Part shown: positions 10,304 to 22,392 of the stretch, piece after piece
Layout of the letters: each line of letters begins with the position of its first letter
How positions within the stretch are numbered: position 1 is the stretch's first letter
Source: Patescibacteria group bacterium
GTDB lineage: Bacteria > Patescibacteriota > Patescibacteriia > Buchananbacterales > UBA6539
DNA length: 64,000 nt
Reading direction: 5' to 3'
NCBI GenBank assembly: GCA_028688055.1
Contig: JAQTYZ010000003.1
Location: 66,752 to 130,751, forward strand
Position numbers and translations under genes: made by a program
The notes under the pieces: generated by a model
What the model was told of the DNA's origin: nothing
Databases searched by the model: none
What the model saw: only the letters and a program-made list of their open reading frames with translations

Positions 10304-10944
10304 TTAACAAAGAAGCTTTAGATAAAATTCACCGAAATGTTCCGCCTGATTATTATCAGTCTGGGATCAAGCATAATTATTTACAACGATATTGGCATCA
10401 CCGACGTTTTGCAGTAATTAGTCGTGAATTAAAAAAATTAAATTTAAGCGCTCCCTTGTTGGATTTGGGTTGCCACGGCGGTGACTTAACCAACGTCTTG
10501 AGTCAAGCCGCGCAGGTTGATATTTATGGTATTGATATCTCGGAAAAATCAATTGAATTTGCTAAAAGGCGTTTCCCAAACATCAATTTTAGTGTTCAGG
10601 ACTTTCCCGGTCAAAAGCAATTTACTGATAATTATTTTCAAGCCATCACCGCCTTTGATGTGATGGAGCATATCCCTGATACCCCTAAAGTCCTTGATGA
10701 AATTAAAAGATTGCTAAAACCCGGTGGCTATTTTATTATGGCTATTCCCAATGAAAATTTACTTTTTAAAGTAGTCTGGTTGTTCTGGACGAGCTTTAAA
10801 GGTCAAGTTTGGGAGGGCGTTCATGTCCACGATTTTAAGATGGAAGGCTTTGCGGAATTTGAAAAGCAGGGTTTTGAAAAAATTGTTGAGCTAAAAATTA
10901 TTTTTGGGATGTGGTGGTTTTTAATTTTTCGCGTTAAAAAATAA
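10300..10944 (+). CDS. Class I SAM-dependent methyltransferase
   Basis: LLDLGCHGG, GIDIS, DVMEHIPD, LKPGG. Confidence 0.88.
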   Translation: MINKEALDKIHRNVPPDYYQSGIKHNYLQRYWHHRRFAVISRELKKLNLSAPLLDLGCHGGDLTNVLSQAAQVDIYGIDISEKSIEFAKRRFPNINFSVQDFPGQKQFTDNYFQAITAFDVMEHIPDTPKVLDEIKRLLKPGGYFIMAIPNENLLFKVVWLFWTSFKGQVWEGVHVHDFKMEGFAEFEKQGFEKIVELKIIFGMWWFLIFRVKK

Positions 10945-10947
10945 ATA

Positions 10948-12765
10948 ATGAAAACACTTAAAGCTAATAAAAATTTTTTGTTATTCGGTTTGGTTTTTTT
11001 TGTTGCAATGTCGGTCTATATTATGACCTTAGCGCCGTCCATTACCATGGAAGACAGCGGTGAATTAGTGACGGCGGCTTATACACTCGGGATTCCTCAT
11101 CCGTCCGGTTATCCATTGTTTGTCCTCTTAGGCAAGCTATTTACTTTTTTACCATTGGGTACTATTGCTTGGCGAGTTAATTTAATGTCGGCTTGTTTTG
11201 CATCGCTCGCAGTAGCTTTGCTTTATCTAATCCTTGAAAAAACGACAAAAAATAAAATTATTTCCGTTGGTAGCGCATTAATGTTAGCTTTTAGCCCGGT
11301 TTACTGGTCACAGAGCGTAATCACGGAGGTGTATGCTTTAAATATTTTTTTTGTGGCGGTGTTATTGTACCTGTGTTTGTTGTATTGGGAAACGAAGAAT
11401 AAGAAATTGTTGCTCTGGTTTTCTTTTTGGTACGGCCTGAGCTTAACAAATCACTCGATGAATATTTTGTTAGCACCGGCTTTTGCCGCTTTTTTTATAT
11501 ATGCTGATTGGAAAATTCTAAAAAAATTTAAGTTAATAGTGGCCATGCTGGGTCTTTTTGTACTCGGGTTGTCCGTTTATTTTTATATCCCGTGGCGGGC
11601 GTTTCAGTTGCCAATTTTTAATTGGGGTCCGATTACAACTTGGAGCGATGTTTGGAAACATCTTAGTCGAGCGCAGTACAATGATTTTTCACCCCTGAGT
11701 AATGAATATCGCAAAATTGGTTTGGTCATCTCTTTTTTTTATGAGATCTACCAACAATTTCATTTGCCGACGTTGATTTTAGCTTTTGGTGGCGCTATAT
11801 ATTGGTGGTCAAAAAATCGTCCGATCGCGCTTTTAACGTCGGGAATATTTTTATTAAACAGTTTGGGGATTATTTTTTTAAGAAAATTCGGCTGGGGGAT
11901 AAGTGTCGATTTTACTTATCGAGTATATTATTTACCGGCCCTGATGATTGTTATATTTTGGTTTGCCTCTATTGTGGCTTTTGGTTTAGATAAAATAAAA
12001 TTTTACTTTAAAGATCGTCCGAACATTATTAAAACCCTGACAGTTGTCATTTATATCTTAATCATTTCTTTACCAGCTAGTTTTGTCCTGGCCAATTATC
12101 AGCGTGAAGATATGAGCAGCTTTTGGCTTAATTATGATTATACTAGAAATCTGCTCAATAGTTTGGAGCCAAATAGCATTTATTATTTTGCCTACGATGG
12201 TAGTTTGCAGGGCGATACGGAGTTATTTAGTCTGATCTATTTTAAAGATGTTGAAGGATTAAGACCAGACGTCAGCATCGTGACGGAGCAGCAATTTTTT
12301 TATCTTGATTTATATTTAGCGTTGCCGGCTGATTATTATCAATTAAGTTTTGAAGATCGGCGAAAAGTATTGATGAGTCTACTGACTAAGATAAAAAATC
12401 GTCCCCTCTATGCTAATTACGCCTTAACCTCAACTAACAATAACGAGCACCTTTATAGTTTATCCAACGGTTATGCCTATAAAGTCTTTTCCAATATTGC
12501 TGAGGCGAGAAAATCGAAAGTTGGTTTATTTTTAGCGCCAATCAGAGGGCTCGATGAAATGGCCGAGCAGGGTGATAATACCGTTTTAGGATTTATATCG
12601 CATTACTATTATAATTTGAGCGCGTACTACTTGACTTCCGGATCGACCGCTCAATACCAAAAATATTTAATGAAAGCTTTTAATCTTGATAACGCGCCAT
12701 TTAATCATGAGTATCGACGGTTTCTTGATTATCGCGCCGAGTGGCTTCGTAATGATGGTGGGTAA
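10948..12765 (+). CDS. DUF2723/TMEM260-like GT-C glycosyltransferase
   Basis: DSGEL...LGIPHPSGYP, EVYAL, GLSLTNH motifs; polytopic. Confidence 0.8.
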   Translation: MKTLKANKNFLLFGLVFFVAMSVYIMTLAPSITMEDSGELVTAAYTLGIPHPSGYPLFVLLGKLFTFLPLGTIAWRVNLMSACFASLAVALLYLILEKTTKNKIISVGSALMLAFSPVYWSQSVITEVYALNIFFVAVLLYLCLLYWETKNKKLLLWFSFWYGLSLTNHSMNILLAPAFAAFFIYADWKILKKFKLIVAMLGLFVLGLSVYFYIPWRAFQLPIFNWGPITTWSDVWKHLSRAQYNDFSPLSNEYRKIGLVISFFYEIYQQFHLPTLILAFGGAIYWWSKNRPIALLTSGIFLLNSLGIIFLRKFGWGISVDFTYRVYYLPALMIVIFWFASIVAFGLDKIKFYFKDRPNIIKTLTVVIYILIISLPASFVLANYQREDMSSFWLNYDYTRNLLNSLEPNSIYYFAYDGSLQGDTELFSLIYFKDVEGLRPDVSIVTEQQFFYLDLYLALPADYYQLSFEDRRKVLMSLLTKIKNRPLYANYALTSTNNNEHLYSLSNGYAYKVFSNIAEARKSKVGLFLAPIRGLDEMAEQGDNTVLGFISHYYYNLSAYYLTSGSTAQYQKYLMKAFNLDNAPFNHEYRRFLDYRAEWLRNDGG

Positions 12766-12817
12766 TTGTTAGGTGATTAAGTTTGTGGTATAATAAATTT
12801 ATAATTTTTTTGGATTA

Positions 12818-13015
12818 CAACCAAACGAAAGGGGGTGAGACAATGAGAAAGAAAGGTTTTACACTTATCGAACTGTTAGTGGTAATTGCCATCATCGGTC
12901 TATTATCGACCTTGGCAGTTGTCGCTTTGAATTCCGCCCGATTGAAGGCGAGAGATGCTAAGCGCGTAGCTGATATTAAACAGGTTCAGACAGCGTTGGA
13001 GCTTTATTTTAATGA
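12818..13015 (+). repeat. 198-bp direct repeat copy 2 (RBS plus pilin 5' half)
   Basis: Matches 7493-7690. Confidence 0.9.
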
Positions 13016-13307
13016 CAATAACAGTTATCCGATTATGGGTGGGGCGCCGATTGTGTTAGGGTCAGGTGCCACCTGTTTAGGTGACGGTGGTTTTGGCACT
13101 AGTTGTTCGGCGCCAGTCTATATGGGTTTATTGCCAACCAACCCAACGCCAAATGGTGCTGATTATTCTTATACTTCTGTTTCAGAGGGTGGCGGTGATT
13201 GTGGCTCGGAGCCTTGCTCAACATATGCCATTACCTTTACACTTGAAGGAACTACGGGTGGCTTAGGTTCAGGCGCTCACACGGCCTCACAGGATGGTTT
13301 ACAGTAA
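12843..13307 (+). CDS. Major type IV pilin, copy B
   Basis: Same RBS and N-terminus as 7518; start set at ATG 12843 rather than the ORF-track 12783. Confidence 0.9.
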   Translation: MRKKGFTLIELLVVIAIIGLLSTLAVVALNSARLKARDAKRVADIKQVQTALELYFNDNNSYPIMGGAPIVLGSGATCLGDGGFGTSCSAPVYMGLLPTNPTPNGADYSYTSVSEGGGDCGSEPCSTYAITFTLEGTTGGLGSGAHTASQDGLQ

Positions 13308-13327
13308 AAATCAGTTCGGAATTTTAG

Positions 13328-13357
13328 ATCCCGCCCAATAATTTGGGCGGGATTTTT
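13328..13357 (+). terminator. Intrinsic terminator after pilin B
   Basis: ATCCCGCCCAA-TAAT-TTGGGCGGGAT followed by T-run. Confidence 0.75.
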
Positions 13358-13407
13358 AGACTCCAAAAATGTTTGCCTATTTTGCTTAATCAAGGTAAAA
13401 TTAAGGT

Positions 13408-14157
13408 ATGTTTGAACTATTTATTTTTATTTTTGGCCTGGTAATTGGTAGTTTTTTGAACGTTGTTATTTTGCGGTTAGAAAAAGCGGAATCATTTATG
13501 AGTGGTCGTTCGCGCTGTCCAAACTGTAAACATAATTTAGCTTGGTATGACAATATTCCGCTATTGAGTTTTATTTTCTTGCGCGCTAATTGTCGTTATT
13601 GCCACACAAAAATTTCTTGGCAATACCCAATCGTTGAGTTAGCAACGGCTGTGTTGTTTAGTCTATTATATTATAAATTTGATTTTACTGACCATTTTTT
13701 TTCTTTTTTACTCTTAACCTGTTTTTTGATAATTATCTTTGTCTACGATCTAAAATATTATTTAATTCCAGACGTTGTCTCAATACCAGCAATTATTGTT
13801 GCTCTGCTTCTGAATATTTTTTTACACCTTAGTTTGACCAGCGTCATCCTGGGCGCCATTGTCGGCGGGTTGTTTTTTGCTCTTCAATATTGGGTTTCCC
13901 GGGGAGTTTGGGTTGGTGATGGCGATATTCGTTTAGGTATTTTAATGGGTTTAATTTTGGGCTTTAAAATTTTGTTGGTGGCGCTTTTTTTGGCGTACTT
14001 GGTTGGTGCGATGGTGGGAGTAAGTCTGTTGCTAGTCAAAAAAAAGCAGCTGTCATCAGCGCTTCCCTTTGGACCGTTTTTAACCTTAGCGACTTTTGTG
14101 GCGATGATTTGGGGCGAAAAAATTTTATTTTGGTACTTAAATTTAGTTTACTACTAA
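13408..14157 (+). CDS. pilD: Prepilin peptidase PilD
   Basis: GSFLNV, two CxxC pairs, GDGDIRL, PFGPFL. Confidence 0.93.
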   Translation: MFELFIFIFGLVIGSFLNVVILRLEKAESFMSGRSRCPNCKHNLAWYDNIPLLSFIFLRANCRYCHTKISWQYPIVELATAVLFSLLYYKFDFTDHFFSFLLLTCFLIIIFVYDLKYYLIPDVVSIPAIIVALLLNIFLHLSLTSVILGAIVGGLFFALQYWVSRGVWVGDGDIRLGILMGLILGFKILLVALFLAYLVGAMVGVSLLLVKKKQLSSALPFGPFLTLATFVAMIWGEKILFWYLNLVYY

Positions 14158-14158
14158 T

Positions 14159-14755
14159 GTGGTAAAGCAGAGATTAAAATTTTTTTTAAATCGGCGGGGC
14201 TTTACCTTAATTGATTTATTGGTCGCCGCGACGGTTGTAATTATTATGCTAAGTTTTGGTTTAGCGCGGTTTAGAACCGGTCAGTTTAGCAATGAACTTG
14301 ATGTTTCCACTAAGCAATTGTCTGATGGTGTCAGTACGGTTCGCAATTATAATTTAGCCGGTCGGACATTAGTGAATAGTAGCTTACCTGATGGTGGCTA
14401 TGGTGTTAGGTTTGATTTAGCTAGCCCAGATAAATTTAAGTTATTCGCCGTGGTCAATGCGGCAGCGGAAATTTTACCCAAGGGAACATCAACTCTCAGT
14501 GGTGTCGACTTGAAAAGTTTTTGTGGTTTAAATAAGGCGACGGTTACCACGCTGCCATGCCAAGGTGCTAGTTGGAATAATATTGGTAATTATTTAGAAA
14601 TAATTTTTACCCCGCCGGGAAAAATTTTAGCTAATTTTAGTGATACTGGCACTTATCAGTATGTTGGTGGTGTGATTGAACATCAGCGCACTGGCCAAAA
14701 GGCCTACTTTTATATTTCTTTGACCTCCGGTCTGATAACCCAGGGTTTATTATGA
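14159..14755 (+). CDS. Minor pilin (FimT/GspH-like)
   Basis: RGFTLIDLLV prepilin-like N-terminus. Confidence 0.7.
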   Translation: MVKQRLKFFLNRRGFTLIDLLVAATVVIIMLSFGLARFRTGQFSNELDVSTKQLSDGVSTVRNYNLAGRTLVNSSLPDGGYGVRFDLASPDKFKLFAVVNAAAEILPKGTSTLSGVDLKSFCGLNKATVTTLPCQGASWNNIGNYLEIIFTPPGKILANFSDTGTYQYVGGVIEHQRTGQKAYFYISLTSGLITQGLL

Positions 14756-15324
14756 AATATTTTAATCGAAATAATTCCGGCCAAAGTTTAGTTGAAACAG
14801 TTTTTGCTATTGGTATTTTGATGATGGTCGTTAGTGCTATTTTGGCCTTAGCTGCCGCCAACACTTTGGGCCAAAAAGAGAGTGAATTTCAAATTGTGGC
14901 TAATAATTTAGCTCGTGAAAATATTGAAGTGGTCAGAAATATTCGCGATTCAAATTGGTTGACTGGTGGTAAAAAAGCTTGGGATGATGGCTTAACTGAT
15001 GCCTTGGGCGGCAATCAAGCGATCGCTTTATTTGATCCGGCCAGTAATAGTTGGTCACTTAATTTTAATTATCTCGATGATGCCTTATATAATTCACCGG
15101 ATGGTACTTATAGTCATGATGCGACCAAAAAACAATCAATTTATCATCGGCACTTGATTTTGGATAATATTTGTCGGGATGCTAACGGCCAGGAATTAAT
15201 AAAATTTCCCTGTGGCAGCGGCGAAGACAAGGTCGGAATTAAGATAATGTCAACGGTACAATGGAATGAGCGTGGGCGAGATCGCAAGGTGACAATTGAT
15301 GATTTAATTTATGAGTGGAAATAA
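14752..15324 (+). CDS. Minor pilin (PilV-like)
   Basis: GQSLVE N-terminus; A.NLARE.IE.VRNIRD. Confidence 0.75.
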   Translation: MKYFNRNNSGQSLVETVFAIGILMMVVSAILALAAANTLGQKESEFQIVANNLARENIEVVRNIRDSNWLTGGKKAWDDGLTDALGGNQAIALFDPASNSWSLNFNYLDDALYNSPDGTYSHDATKKQSIYHRHLILDNICRDANGQELIKFPCGSGEDKVGIKIMSTVQWNERGRDRKVTIDDLIYEWK

Positions 15325-16030
15325 AAAATCACAAGCTGGTTTTACGTTAGTTGAGATAATTGTTGTCCTCGGAATTTTTTCAGTTTTGGTCGTGGTAATT
15401 TTAAATGTTTTTATTTTAGCTTTGCGCTCACAGCGTCAGGCAGCCTTCAGGCAACAAACGCTTTCAAATTTACGTTATATTGTTGAGACTATTGCCAAGC
15501 AGGTTAGAACATCAGAAATTGATTATTCGTATCCATATGATAAAGATGGCGATAATGGTATTGTCGGCGCCGAGTCCGAACTTTATCTCAAGGATAGCGA
15601 TGGCAACAGTTCAGCTTACTATTTGAAAAATGGTGAATTATATTTGACATCGAATGGTCAAGATTCTCCGCTAACCAATATTAATGATATAAAAATTGTA
15701 ACTTTGAGTTTTTTTATTGCGCCCTCAACTAACCCCTTTACCGAAGAAAGGTGTAACGCGGCGGTAACGCCGAATGGCTGTCAGCCGACGATCAGTTGTA
15801 CGGTCGATGATTCCAGTAACGTGACATTTAAAACTGGCTTTTGCCTTTGTACTCAAAATCAGGATTGTGCGACAAACAATTGTGATACCACCGATCGGGT
15901 TTGCTTACCACCCGATGTCCAACCGAGGGTAACGCTGGTGCTAGGCTTTGAAAGTGCGCAGTTGAGGCCGGAGGATATCAAGCGAATATATTTACAGACA
16001 ACAGCGACCAGCCGTATCTATAAGCGATAA
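15311..16030 (+). CDS. Minor pilin (PilW-like) with Cys-rich insertion
   Basis: GFTLVEII; multiple Cys in the C-terminal third. Confidence 0.75.
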   Translation: MSGNKKSQAGFTLVEIIVVLGIFSVLVVVILNVFILALRSQRQAAFRQQTLSNLRYIVETIAKQVRTSEIDYSYPYDKDGDNGIVGAESELYLKDSDGNSSAYYLKNGELYLTSNGQDSPLTNINDIKIVTLSFFIAPSTNPFTEERCNAAVTPNGCQPTISCTVDDSSNVTFKTGFCLCTQNQDCATNNCDTTDRVCLPPDVQPRVTLVLGFESAQLRPEDIKRIYLQTTATSRIYKR

Positions 16031-16032
16031 CT

Positions 16033-16977
16033 ATGCATCAAGCGAATAAACAATCTGGCATCGTTTTAATTCTAGCGGTTTTAATTATTGGCGCGGTTTT
16101 AGTGACGGCTGTTGTTTTTAGTAATCTAGTTATTTCGCAAATTCAGCAATCGCGTCTGATTGATCAATCAATTGCCTCCTATTATTTAGCGGAAAGCGGT
16201 GCTGAACGCGCGCTCTATCAAACGAGGCGATTACAAGCTGTTAAATCGGCTGATTGTTCAAAAATTGTTAGCGGTTCGACTTGTCAAAACAGTGGGAATA
16301 ATTATGGTTTTTGTTCTTTGACTAATGATAAAATTGCTTGCATTACCGATAATCAAGGCGCTTTAGCCGTCGGTGGCGGTTGGAATATTATTGTTAATAA
16401 TGAAAAAGATTCAACGGTAAATTTAAATGTTGGTGATTCATTCCAGTTGGATTTATTCAGCCCCTATCAGGGTGGTGATTTTCAAACCAATGTTCAATCT
16501 TTTTTGGTTACTAGTACTATTACCGGTGGGGCTAAGCTTTACGCGGAACTTACTAATTTAACTTGGTTGGTTGGCGGAACGATTAATTGTCCGCTTGATA
16601 CGTTTGTGCCAGCGCGTCCGGCCATCAGCAAGGGTCAGATCAATTTGGATTCTCAAACTGGATATTCATCAACGGGCTATTTAACCAAACTGGCCAATGA
16701 TCCCGAAATTAATCCAAACTGTTCTTATGTCTTGCGCTTAAGTAATGTTTTGGACGGAGCTGAACCGGGTCAATTTACGGTTAGTATTTATAATAAAGCG
16801 ATTGATGTTGATCCGACGACTGATAAGTTAGAAATACCGAGCCGGTTAGTTATTGATTCCCAAGCAACGGTTGGCCGTTCCCAACAAAGTGTCAGAATAA
16901 AATCGCCGATTAGGCCGCCCCTTTCCGGGCTATATGATTTTGTCCTTTTTTCAGAGCAGGAAGTTGTTAAGAATTAA
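16033..16977 (+). CDS. Minor pilin (PilX-like)
   Basis: G.VL without Glu5; SYYLAESGAERAL. Confidence 0.7.
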   Translation: MHQANKQSGIVLILAVLIIGAVLVTAVVFSNLVISQIQQSRLIDQSIASYYLAESGAERALYQTRRLQAVKSADCSKIVSGSTCQNSGNNYGFCSLTNDKIACITDNQGALAVGGGWNIIVNNEKDSTVNLNVGDSFQLDLFSPYQGGDFQTNVQSFLVTSTITGGAKLYAELTNLTWLVGGTINCPLDTFVPARPAISKGQINLDSQTGYSSTGYLTKLANDPEINPNCSYVLRLSNVLDGAEPGQFTVSIYNKAIDVDPTTDKLEIPSRLVIDSQATVGRSQQSVRIKSPIRPPLSGLYDFVLFSEQEVVKN

Positions 16978-19009
<2,032 letters not shown>

Positions 19010-19011
<2 letters not shown>

Positions 19012-19145
19012 GAAAAGAGGTGGCGGCAACCCATGGATAGACGTCTGGAGATCTACCACTGTCGGGTTGCCGCCAAGTGCGTCGCAACTGGTTTTAGCTG
19101 GGGGACTAGCACCAGCTGCGGAGACGGGGCAAAGGGCAATGAATT
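19010..19145 (-). ncRNA. Candidate small RNA between ligA and gatC
   Basis: Minus-strand TTGACA(19179-19174)-17-TAATAT(19156-19151); two long stems; terminal 12-bp stem followed by U-rich tail. Confidence 0.5.
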
Positions 19146-19228
19146 TGTTGATATTATCAGATGTACTGTGGCTTGTCAAACTCAACGATTACGGATATAC
19201 TATTAAGGTAAAATTTTAAATCATTTTT

Positions 19229-19519
19229 ATGGCTTTAACAAAAAGTGAAGTTGAGCATATTGCTAAATTGGCAAGATTGGGCTTGACGGAAGAAGAAAAA
19301 ACTAAATTTGCCTCGCAGCTCTCGTCAATTTTAAATTACGTCGAACAACTTGGTTCCGTTGATACTGATGGGATTGAGCCAACGGCTCAGGTGACTGGCT
19401 TGGAAAATATCTATCGGTTAGACCAAATCGAAGATTGCGACTCTCAAACGCAACAGAAATTAATTGCCTCAGCCCCGGCAAGTGAAGACAATTTAATTAA
19501 GACCAAATCAGTTTTTTAG
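19229..19519 (+). CDS. gatC: Asp/Glu-tRNA amidotransferase subunit C
   Basis: VEHIAKLARL; adjacent to gatA. Confidence 0.93.
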   Translation: MALTKSEVEHIAKLARLGLTEEEKTKFASQLSSILNYVEQLGSVDTDGIEPTAQVTGLENIYRLDQIEDCDSQTQQKLIASAPASEDNLIKTKSVF

Positions 19520-19522
19520 CCT

Positions 19523-20989
19523 ATGAAATTAAATCAATTAACAATTGCTCAAGCTCATGATGGGCTTAAGGCAAAAAAGTTTTCGGCGACCGAATTAGCT
19601 AAAGATTGTTTTGCCCAGATAAAAAAAACTGATCAGGAGCTAGAAGCTTTTATTACCTTAACCGAAGAGCAGGCAATGGCCAGGGCGGAGGCCATTGATA
19701 AAGTTGGTGATTTTTCCAAGCCATTAACGGGAATTCCACTGGCGGTTAAAGATATTTTTTGTACCAATGGCGTTCGAACGACAGTCGGTTCAAGAATTTT
19801 AGAAAATTATGTGCCGCCATTTTCGGCGTCGGTTATTGAACGTCTTGAACAACAAGGTAGTGTGATGTTAGGCAAGGTTAATATGGATGAGTTTGCCTGT
19901 GGGTCGTCAACTGAAACCTCATTTTATGCCAAGACAAAAAATCCCTGGGACACCCAAAGGGTTCCCGGCGGTAGCTCCGGCGGTTCCGCCGCCGCGGTAT
20001 CGTCCAACCAGAGCCTGTACGCGCTTGGCACCGATACTGGCGGATCAATTCGTCAGCCGGCATCGTTGTGTGGCCTGGTTGGTTTAAAACCGACTTATGG
20101 TCGTGTCTCGCGCTATGGCGTCGTCGCTATGGCGTCGTCGCTGGATCAGGTTGGCCCAATGACCAAAACCGTTGAAGATGCCGCGCTGGTTTTAGAAGCC
20201 ATCGCCGGCGTTGATCCAAAAGATGCGACGACAGTAAATCTACCGGTTCGTGAATATGCCAAGGAAATTAAGCAGGATATTAAGGGTTTAAAAATTGGCG
20301 TACCAAAAGAATATTTTATTGACGGTATGGATAAAGAAGTTGAGGCATCGGTTAGAGAAGCCATTAATAAATTCAAGGATTTGGGCGCCGAAATTGTTGA
20401 TGTTAGTTTGCCACATTCAATGTCCGGCCTGGCCGTTTATTATATTTTAATGCCTTCGGAATTGAGTTCAAACTTAGCTAAATTCGACGGCGTTCGATTT
20501 GGCCATTCAGCTAAAGCGGATAATTTACTAGAAAATTACCTGCAGACCAGAGCCGAAGGCTTTGGGCCAGAAATCAGGCGGCGAATTATGTTGGGAACTT
20601 ATTCGTTGTCGTCAGGCTATTATGATGCGTATTATTTAAAAGCGCAGAAAGTTAGAACGTTAGTCAGGCGCGATTTTGATCAAGCGTTTGAACAAGTTGA
20701 TTGTATTATGACGCCGACTTCGCCAACAGTGGCTTTTAAATTCGGTGAAAAAGTTGATGACCCATTAACAATGTATCTGAGTGATATTTTTACCGTTTCC
20801 GTAAATATTGCCGGGTTGCCGGGGATTTCTGTTCCTTGTGGTATGGTTAAACCCTCCAACGGTGAGACGCTTATGCCGGTTGGACTTCAATTGATCGGTA
20901 AAGCTTTTGATGAATCAACAATGATGCGCCTGGCGTATAATTATGAGCAGGCCACTGATTGGCACAAACTTAAGCCAGCAATTGCTTAA
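19523..20989 (+). CDS. gatA: Asp/Glu-tRNA amidotransferase subunit A
   Basis: GGSSGGSAAAV, GTDTGGSIRQPA, RRIMLGT..LSSGYYDAYY. Confidence 0.97.
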   Translation: MKLNQLTIAQAHDGLKAKKFSATELAKDCFAQIKKTDQELEAFITLTEEQAMARAEAIDKVGDFSKPLTGIPLAVKDIFCTNGVRTTVGSRILENYVPPFSASVIERLEQQGSVMLGKVNMDEFACGSSTETSFYAKTKNPWDTQRVPGGSSGGSAAAVSSNQSLYALGTDTGGSIRQPASLCGLVGLKPTYGRVSRYGVVAMASSLDQVGPMTKTVEDAALVLEAIAGVDPKDATTVNLPVREYAKEIKQDIKGLKIGVPKEYFIDGMDKEVEASVREAINKFKDLGAEIVDVSLPHSMSGLAVYYILMPSELSSNLAKFDGVRFGHSAKADNLLENYLQTRAEGFGPEIRRRIMLGTYSLSSGYYDAYYLKAQKVRTLVRRDFDQAFEQVDCIMTPTSPTVAFKFGEKVDDPLTMYLSDIFTVSVNIAGLPGISVPCGMVKPSNGETLMPVGLQLIGKAFDESTMMRLAYNYEQATDWHKLKPAIA

Positions 20990-21042
20990 GCCTAGTTTTT
21001 TTGCTAAAATAGTTAAATAAGTAAGATAATTAATTTAACCTT

Positions 21043-21789
21043 ATGTCCGAAAAAAGTTTTTTTGACATGAGCGGCAAGCAGGGGATGCTATTTGGTCTAG
21101 TCTCTGGTGTCGCGATTGTCAGCGTTATTGGTTTTGGTATTTTATTAGCAAACGGTCAGGGTGGTTTTAGTCTTGGCAGTAAGAATGCGCCTGGCGCTAA
21201 TGCCAATGTCGCCGCGGCGCCGACCCCAACGCCCACGCCGACCCCAACGCCGTCAGCCGGTGATGATTTTTCAAAGGTGCCTAAGGTTACTGCCAGTGAT
21301 CATGTTCGTGGTGATAATAATGCGGCGGTAACTTTGATCGAATATTCAGATTATCAGTGCCCTTATTGTAGTCAGTTAGAGCCAACAATGGAAAAAATCT
21401 TGGCTGATTATAAAGGTAAAGTTAGGATTGTTTATCGAAATTTTCCATTAACAACCATTCATCCTTATGCCCAAGGTGCGGCCGAAGCCTCCGAGTGTGC
21501 GGCCGAGCAAGGAAAATTTTGGGAAATGCATGATCAATTATTCAGTAATCAAACCGCTTTAGACGAAACCAGTCTAAAGAGTTATGCTGCTAAAATTGGT
21601 TTGAACACCTCGCAGTTTGATAGTTGTTTGACGTCACATAAGTATGCTAGTCAAATAAGTCAAAGCGCTTCTGACGCTCAGGCTTCTGGTATTACCGGCA
21701 CGCCTGGAGTTTGGGTTGGCAACCAATTAATTAAGGGTGCTTATCCTTATGACACTTTTAAACAGTTGATTGACAGCTTGCTAAAGTAA
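21043..21789 (+). CDS. DsbA-family thiol-disulfide oxidoreductase
   Basis: TM helix, PT-repeat linker, EYSDYQCPYC, GTP cis-Pro motif. Confidence 0.9.
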   Translation: MSEKSFFDMSGKQGMLFGLVSGVAIVSVIGFGILLANGQGGFSLGSKNAPGANANVAAAPTPTPTPTPTPSAGDDFSKVPKVTASDHVRGDNNAAVTLIEYSDYQCPYCSQLEPTMEKILADYKGKVRIVYRNFPLTTIHPYAQGAAEASECAAEQGKFWEMHDQLFSNQTALDETSLKSYAAKIGLNTSQFDSCLTSHKYASQISQSASDAQASGITGTPGVWVGNQLIKGAYPYDTFKQLIDSLLK

Positions 21790-21800
21790 AAATAATCAAT

Positions 21801-21828
21801 AAAAATCCCCCGGCAACGGGGGATTTTT
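21801..21828. terminator. Bidirectional terminator
   Basis: AAAAATCCCCCG-GCAA-CGGGGGATTTTT between convergent genes. Confidence 0.8.
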
Positions 21829-21835
21829 TGGTGTC

Positions 21836-22390
21836 TTATTTGATTAATTGCAAAATTGAATTTACTACTTCCGGCAGCTCCAAGCAATTATCCTCAGTGG
21901 AAAAATGACCAGCCTGATGCTTGATGATAACCTCGGCGTTAAGCTTTTTTCCAAAAATGTCGGAATATTTTAGGGGGACAAACGGGTCATTGTCAGAAGC
22001 GATGGAAATAAATTTATTCGCTTTATTTTTAAGTACGGAAAAATTAATGGGCGTCGTAAAAAAATTATCTAATTCTTGATAGCCAAGATTGTCAGTAAAT
22101 CCAGCCACCAAAATCACGCCGCCAATTTTTTCGGTAAGCTCAATTTTTTCTAAATATCTTAGAATGGTGATGCAGCCGATACTGTGACCAATAAAAAATA
22201 AATTATGATCAGGCGTTTGGGCCAGTTGGGCGAGAGGTGGTAGCCAGAGTTTAAGTTTTGGTAAATTAGTTTGCGGCAAGGCCGGAACGGCGACTTTAAA
22301 ATTATTTTTTTCTAGCTGCTTTTTAGTCCAAGGATACCAGCAATATTCCGGATTACCATCCCAACAGTGGACAATGACAGCTGTTTTCAT
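21836..22390 (-). CDS. RBBP9/YdeN-family alpha/beta hydrolase
   Basis: GHSIG nucleophile elbow, SDNDPFVP, AGHF. Confidence 0.85.
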   Translation of the reverse strand: MKTAVIVHCWDGNPEYCWYPWTKKQLEKNNFKVAVPALPQTNLPKLKLWLPPLAQLAQTPDHNLFFIGHSIGCITILRYLEKIELTEKIGGVILVAGFTDNLGYQELDNFFTTPINFSVLKNKANKFISIASDNDPFVPLKYSDIFGKKLNAEVIIKHQAGHFSTEDNCLELPEVVNSILQLIK

Positions 22391-22392
22391 AT

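Noticed and set aside
21219-21255. Short tandem repeat as a contingency locus
   Set aside because: In-frame Pro-Thr linker in DsbA with varied codons.
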